A DNA stretch of 56,351 bases, from positions 59,384 to 115,734 of the forward strand of contig JAQGDQ010000668.1 in assembly GCA_030141605.1 (NCBI GenBank), read 5' to 3'. The stretch is from Tubiluchus corallicola. Lineage: Eukaryota > Animalia > Priapulida. Shown here piece after piece: positions 50,235 through 56,351 of this stretch. The translations under genes and the position numbers were made by a program. A model generated the notes under the pieces. It saw only the letters and a program-made list of their open reading frames with translations. It was not told the DNA's origin and searched no databases. Within the stretch, counting starts at the first letter, position 1, and every line of letters begins with the position of its first letter.

Positions 50235-50359
50235 CTCACAGAATGTGAACTCCGAGAAATCTACGCTAATGCTACGTGAGGGCATGATATAATCTGTCGT
50301 GTCTTTGCTTGGAAAAACCACCTTGAAGCTGTCCGATGATTTACACGGGATCAGCTTGG
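50235..50359 (-). CDS. Mosaic lectin gene, most 5' exon found: pentraxin N-terminus
   Basis: KLIPCKSSDSFKVVFPSKDTTDYIMPSRSISVDFSEFTFCE joining W in the next exon (FP...DY...FTxCxW); 125 nt, phases 1-0. Upstream exons not found. Confidence 0.87.
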
Positions 50360-50502
50360 CTGAAAAGAATCCTCTTCCTTTATTCATACATACTTTACCA
50401 AGCATAGTTTAGTAATTGCTGTAAATTTTATGCAAGATATAATTTAATAAGAGAATCAAGAGTAAAATAATTTGCTTAATAACACTATGTTAAAAATTTT
50501 AA

Positions 50503-51317
50503 TCTACTATTATATTAATATTCTTGGTATATATATATATATATATATATAAGATTCGAGGCTACAGCCCGGACGAGGGCACCATTTGCGGCGATCTATA
50601 TATCAAACGAAAGGTCTCGATCTAGTGTCTTCTCATTGATGGTTTATTTTTCGAATCGGGCCCACCGGGAGGAACGGGGGGCGAAAAACCTCCCAAAATG
50701 GCCGTTTTTCGGCCGTTTTTTGCAAAAGTTATACGGCTGAGATGTAGAGAACGGGAACGGGCCGAGGGGGGTGCTGGGTATGGATAGATAGCCCGTTCAG
50801 CGGTAGGTGTAGTAGGCATATTTAGAATTCCCGAGAGGGCCACGGCGTCCCGCAACGGGCGTTTTCCCGGACCCAACTCGCGATTTTTTCGAAATTTTGA
50901 CCAAACAGCCTGCGGGAAAAACGTTCTAGCGGCGCCCGGTGGGACTCTCGGGAGGAGATTTATAGCTCTCTACAAAGAGGAAGGACAGGGCTACACGATG
51001 ATGTGGGATATATTTTAGGGCAGGTCCACCGAGAGGAGTACCGACGAGTTTATTAGCTGTTCTATTTTCGGCGATTTTCGCTTAGAAAACTGTTGTGACG
51101 AATTCCATTGTGCTGACATCATCCATTGTACTCTGCTGTAATCTTATAACTTTAATTCAGCAAAAAGCTGCCTGCTACGGGTTTGCGTTAGATAAACAGA
51201 CATACAGTAGACAGGATGTTACGGGCTTTGTGTTATAAATGAGGACTAGGTAGGATGTTCGCGTATTATTAATTACACGTGTATTTATACACAAAATCTT
51301 TTGCGGGGATTTGCTAG
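50503..51317 (+). mobile_element. Helitron-like non-autonomous element
   Basis: A|TCTACTATTATATTAATA 5' end, TTTGCTAG|T 3' end, no TSD, GC-rich body, second copy at 22023-22625. Confidence 0.7.
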
Positions 51318-51375
51318 TGTATTATTATTATAGTAAGGCTAAAGGGCAGCCAGATGAACAGTTTCACGAGAATAG

Positions 51376-53936
51376 CAACAAACTCTTTACACTACGCCTA
51401 GGACTACGCATTCAAACAAACTCACTACTCTACGCCAAGGACTACGCATTCAAACAAACTCACTACTCTACGCCAAGGACTACGCATTCAAACAAATTCA
51501 CTGCACTACGCCAAGGACTACGCATTCAAACAAACTCATTACACTACGCCTAGGACTACGCATTCAAACAAACTCATTACACTACGGCAAGGACTAAGCA
51601 TTCAAACAAACTCATTACACTATGCCAAGGACTACGCATTCAAACAAATTCACTGCACTACGCCAAGGACTACGCATTCAAACAAACTCATTACATTACG
51701 CCTAGGGCTACGCATTCAAACAAATTCACTACACTACGCCAAGAACTACGCATTCAAACAAACTCATTACACTACGGCAAGGACTACGCATTCAAACAAA
51801 CTCTTTACACTACGGCAAGGACTACACATTCAAACAAACTCATTACACTACGTCAAGGACTACACATTCTAACAAACACATTACACTACGCCTAGGACTA
51901 CACATTCAAACAAACTCATTACACTACGCCTAGGACTACGCATTCAAACAAACTCATTACACTACGCCTAGGACTACGCATTCAAACAAACTCATTACAC
52001 TACACCTAGGACTACGCATTCAAACAAACTCATTACACTACGTCAAGGACTACGCATTCAAACAAACTCATTACACTACGGCAAGGACTACGCATTTAAA
52101 CAAACTCATTACACTACGTCAAGGACTATGCATTCAAACAAACTCATTACACTACGTCAAGGACTACGCATTCAAACAAACTCATTACACTACGTCAAGG
52201 ACTATGCATTCAAACAAACTCATTACACTACGCCTAGGACTACGCATTCAAACAAACTCATTACACTACGCTTAGGACTACGCATTCAAACAAACTCATT
52301 ACACTACGTCAAGGACTACACATTCTAACAAACTCATTACACTACGCCTAGGACTATGCATTCAAACAAACTCATTACACTACGCCTAGGACTACGCATT
52401 CAAACAAACTCATTACACTACGCTTAGGACTACGCATTCAAACAAACTCATTACACTACGGCAAGGACTACGCATTTAAACAAACTCATTACACTACGTC
52501 AAGGACTACGCATTCAAACAAACTCATTACAGTACGTCAAGGACTACGCATTCAAACAAACTCATTACACTTCGTCAAGGACTATGCATTCAAACAAACT
52601 CATTACACTACGCCTAGGACTACGCATTCAAACAAACTCATTACACTACGCTTAGGACTACGCATTCAAACAAACTCATTACACTACGTCAAGGACTACA
52701 CATTCTAACAAACTCATTACACTACGCCTAGGACTATGCATTCAAACAAACTCATTACACTACGCCTAGGACTACGCATTCAAACAAACTCATTACACTA
52801 CACTTAGGACTATGCATTCAAACAAACTCATTACACTACGTCAAGGACTACACATTCTAACAAACTCATCACACTACGCCTAGGACTACACATTCAAACA
52901 AACTCATTACACTACGCCTAGGACTACGCATTCAAACAAACTCATTACACTACGCCTAGGACTACGCATTCAAACAAACTCATTACACTACACCTAGGAC
53001 TACGCATTCAAACAAACTCATTACACTACGTCAAGGACTACGCATTCAAACAAACTCATTACACTACGCCTACGACTACGCATTCTAACAAACTCATTAC
53101 ACTACGCCTAGGACTACGCATTCAAACAAACTCATTACACTACGTCAAGGACTACGCATTCAAACAAACTCATTACACTACGGCAAGGACTACGCATTCA
53201 AACAAACTCATTACACTACGTCAAGGACTACGCATTCAAACAAACTCATTACACTACGTCAAGGACTACGCATTCAAACAAACTCATTACACTACGGCAA
53301 GGACTACGCATTCAAACAAACTCTTTACACTACGGCAAGGACTACACATTCTAACAAACTCATTACACTACGCCTAGGACTACGCATTCAAACAAACTCA
53401 TTACACTACGCCTAGGACTACGCATTCAAACAAACTCATTACACTACGCCTAGTACTACGCATTCAAACAAACTCATTACACTACGTCAAGGACTACGCA
53501 TTCAAACAAACTCATTACACTACGCCTAGGACTACGCATTCTAACAAACTCATTACACTACGCCTAGGACTACGCATTCAAACAAACTCATTACACTACG
53601 ACAAGGACTACGCATTCAAACAAACTCTTTACACTACGGCAAGGACTACACATTCTAACAAACTCTTTACACTACGGCAAGGACTACACATTCTAACAAA
53701 CTCTTTACACTACGGCAAGGACTACGCATTCTAACAAACTCATTACACTACGACAAGGACTACACATTCTAACAAACTCTTTACACTACGGCAAGGACTA
53801 CACATTCTAACAAACTCTTTACACTACGGCAAGGACTACACATTCTAACAAACTCTTTACACTACGGCAAGGACTACACATTCTAACAAACTCTTTACAC
53901 TACGCCAAGGACTACGCATTCTAACAAACTCTTTTC
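51376..53936. repeat. 38-bp tandem satellite, about 67 copies
   Basis: Unit GGACTACGCATTCAAACAAACTCATTACACTACGCCTA. Confidence 0.97.
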
Positions 53937-55315
53937 ACTAGACTTGAGTACATAACCTGAGGTACGTTAGCAGTTAGTACTTACCAGCGGTATATTGGGA
54001 ATCTTTTGTATAAGTTGGTAGTACTTACCCAAAAGTACGTTGGCATTCTCTTGTATGAGTGGGTAGTTTTTAAACAGGCGCACATTGGCAAGAAACTTGA
54101 AAGTAAGCAATTTTAGTAACATTAAAGAAAGTGTGAATGATTACACTATAATTGTCAACACTGCTATACGAAATTAAATTGAGTACTTTTGTATTTTTGT
54201 ATGAGTTGTTGTCACCTTTAGAATGTAGCAGGTTGCACCTAGAATATTATTCCGTCTAGTAGCCTTCAGCTTAGTTTCATTAATTTTCAGAGCACGATGA
54301 TAAATTTGCAGTACGTGTTGGTACACGCTTTCAATTACCTTGTCGCAATGAATAAAGACAATCTTACTGCCTGGCATTAACGTGTTGTTCACATGTGTAA
54401 GACTAAGTGTGTTTGCGGTGTGAAATCTCCTGCTATAAAACGTGCCTTGAATCTTGACATGACACCAAAGTTTTTGTTTAACCCTTGGCTTACTAAGGTG
54501 GGGTAAAAAATTACCCTAGGAGTGTTTGCTCACATATTTTATATTGATGCATACAACGAAATATACAACGATCGAACCAGTAATGATTAAATATTTTTCA
54601 ATTTGTTATGCAACCATACCTTGGTTTTGTTGAAAACGATTATAACATGTTTTTTTACAAAGCTCGAGTGCCAGATAATGTCAAACGTGGGGCAGCTTAT
54701 TAACATACAATTATATATAAAATATATAATGTATATATTATATATGTATATATATGTATATATGTTCAATATTATATATACAATTTTGCATTGACACTAG
54801 AGTGAATTCTACAATATTATATGTTACGCATTCTGTGAGTAGCTCTTTTAATTTGTGCGTGTAACATTATTTACAGTGACGTTAAACAAGGAGTATTGAA
54901 GTGAGTGTTAAAATCAAGGTTATTAATGTAGCAAGTTTCCTGTGAGGTAACATAAAAATGCAGATAAATTAATATGCCAAATTATTAAATTCCCAATTCA
55001 ATATTTAAATCCACAAGATTTGCAGTCAATTATCTGAAAAACTGCGCAAGTTTAATCCCTAACTCATCGAAATTCAGCAAGAAGATCTAAAAATGAAAGG
55101 GTCCTTTACAAAGTAGGTTAGTGCCGGTATTAAATTTTCATTTTTGGTTCAATACACAAGTTCTCATTTCCCAGTTCATTTAATAATACATTTCGCCTAT
55201 TTTTGTCAACTCGAGGACATCGGTATATCAAATGTTCTGGATTCTGGGCTTCCTACCACATCCGCAAAGCTCATCTCTAGCAAATCCAATATGACTCATC
55301 AATTCATTGAAATTT

Positions 55316-56351
55316 CCCTGTCCAGTCAATAACCTCCCTGTCCAGTCAATAACCTCCCTGTCCAGTCAATAACCTCACTGTCCAGTCAATAACCTCCCTG
55401 TCCAGTCAATAACCTCCCTGTCCAGTCAATAACCTCACTGTCCAGTCAATAACCTCCCTGTCCAGTCAATAACCTCCCTGTCCAGTCAATAACCTCCCTG
55501 TCCAGTCAATAACCTCACTGTCCAGTCAATAACCTCCCTGTCCAGTCAATAACCTCCCTGTCCAGTCAATAACCTCACTGTCCAGTCAATAACCTCACTG
55601 TCCAGTCAATAACCTCCCTGTCCAGTCAATAACCTCACTGTCCAGTCAATAACCTCCCTGTCCAGTCAATAACCTCACTGTCCAGTCAATAACCTCACTG
55701 TCCAGTCAATAACCTCACTGTCCAGTCAATAACCTCACTGTCCAGTCAATAACCTCACTGTCCAGTCAATAACCTCACTGTTCAGTCAATAACCTCCCTG
55801 TCCAGTCAATAACCTCCCTGTCCAGTCAATAACCTCCCTGTCCAGTCAATAACCTCACTGTCCAGTCAATAACCTCACTGTCCAGTCAATAACCTCACTG
55901 TCCAGTCAATAACCTCACTGTCCAGTCAATAACCTCACTGTCCAGTCAATAACCTCCCTGTCCAGTCAATAACCTCCCTGTCCAGTCAATAACCTCACTG
56001 TCCAGTCAATAACCTCACTGTCCAGTCAATAACCTCACTGTCCAGTCAATAACCTCACTGTCCAGTCAATAACCTCACTGTCCAGTCAATAACCTCACTG
56101 TCCAGTCAATAACCTCCCTGTCCAGTCAATAACCTCCCTGTCCAGTCAATAACCTCACTGTCCAGTCAATAACCTCACTGTCCAGTCAATAACCTCACTG
56201 TCCAGTCAATAACCTCCCTGTCCAATCAATAACCTCACTGTCCAGTCAATAACCTCACTGTCCAGTCAATAACCTCACTGTCCAGTCAATAACCTCACTG
56301 TCCAGTCAATAACTTCACTGTCCAGTCAATAACCTCCCTGTCCAGTCAATA
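55316..56351. repeat. 20-bp tandem satellite, more than 50 copies, running off the window
   Basis: Unit TCCAGTCAATAACCTC(C/A)CTG. Confidence 0.97.

Noticed and set aside
53940-55315. Signal-peptide or first exon of the lectin gene
   Set aside because: Several donor-like sites exist, but none follows a convincing ATG plus hydrophobic segment ending in phase 1; the 5' end is probably outside the window.

Overview
AT-rich, intron- and repeat-rich animal genomic DNA (invertebrate, probably lophotrochozoan; the taxon is an inference). There are no prokaryotic features, rRNA, true tRNA or CRISPR. Two spliced genes lie tail-to-tail. (1) On +, the 3' end of an animal heme peroxidase (4 exons, 559-8074); the conserved LNIQRGRDHG exon could not be found. 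(2) On -, a mosaic extracellular lectin gene (50359 down to 17303, 5' end not found). I assembled 25 GT-AG exons by hand, about 1,280 codons: pentraxin, half CTL, CTL, ILEI/GG (incomplete), 4 more C-type lectin domains, 3 EGF-like modules and a C-terminal PAN/apple domain, with no transmembrane segment seen. Intron phases chain correctly at every junction except one, after the ILEI exons. The introns hold at least nine unrelated tandem arrays, hAT, Tc1/pogo, Kolobok-like and Harbinger-like MITEs, two Helitron-like copies, RTE and CR1 LINE remnants, a hAT transposase fossil and a fold-back carrying two degenerate hammerhead-ribozyme-like cores. Domain calls come from motif recognition by eye; no database search was run.
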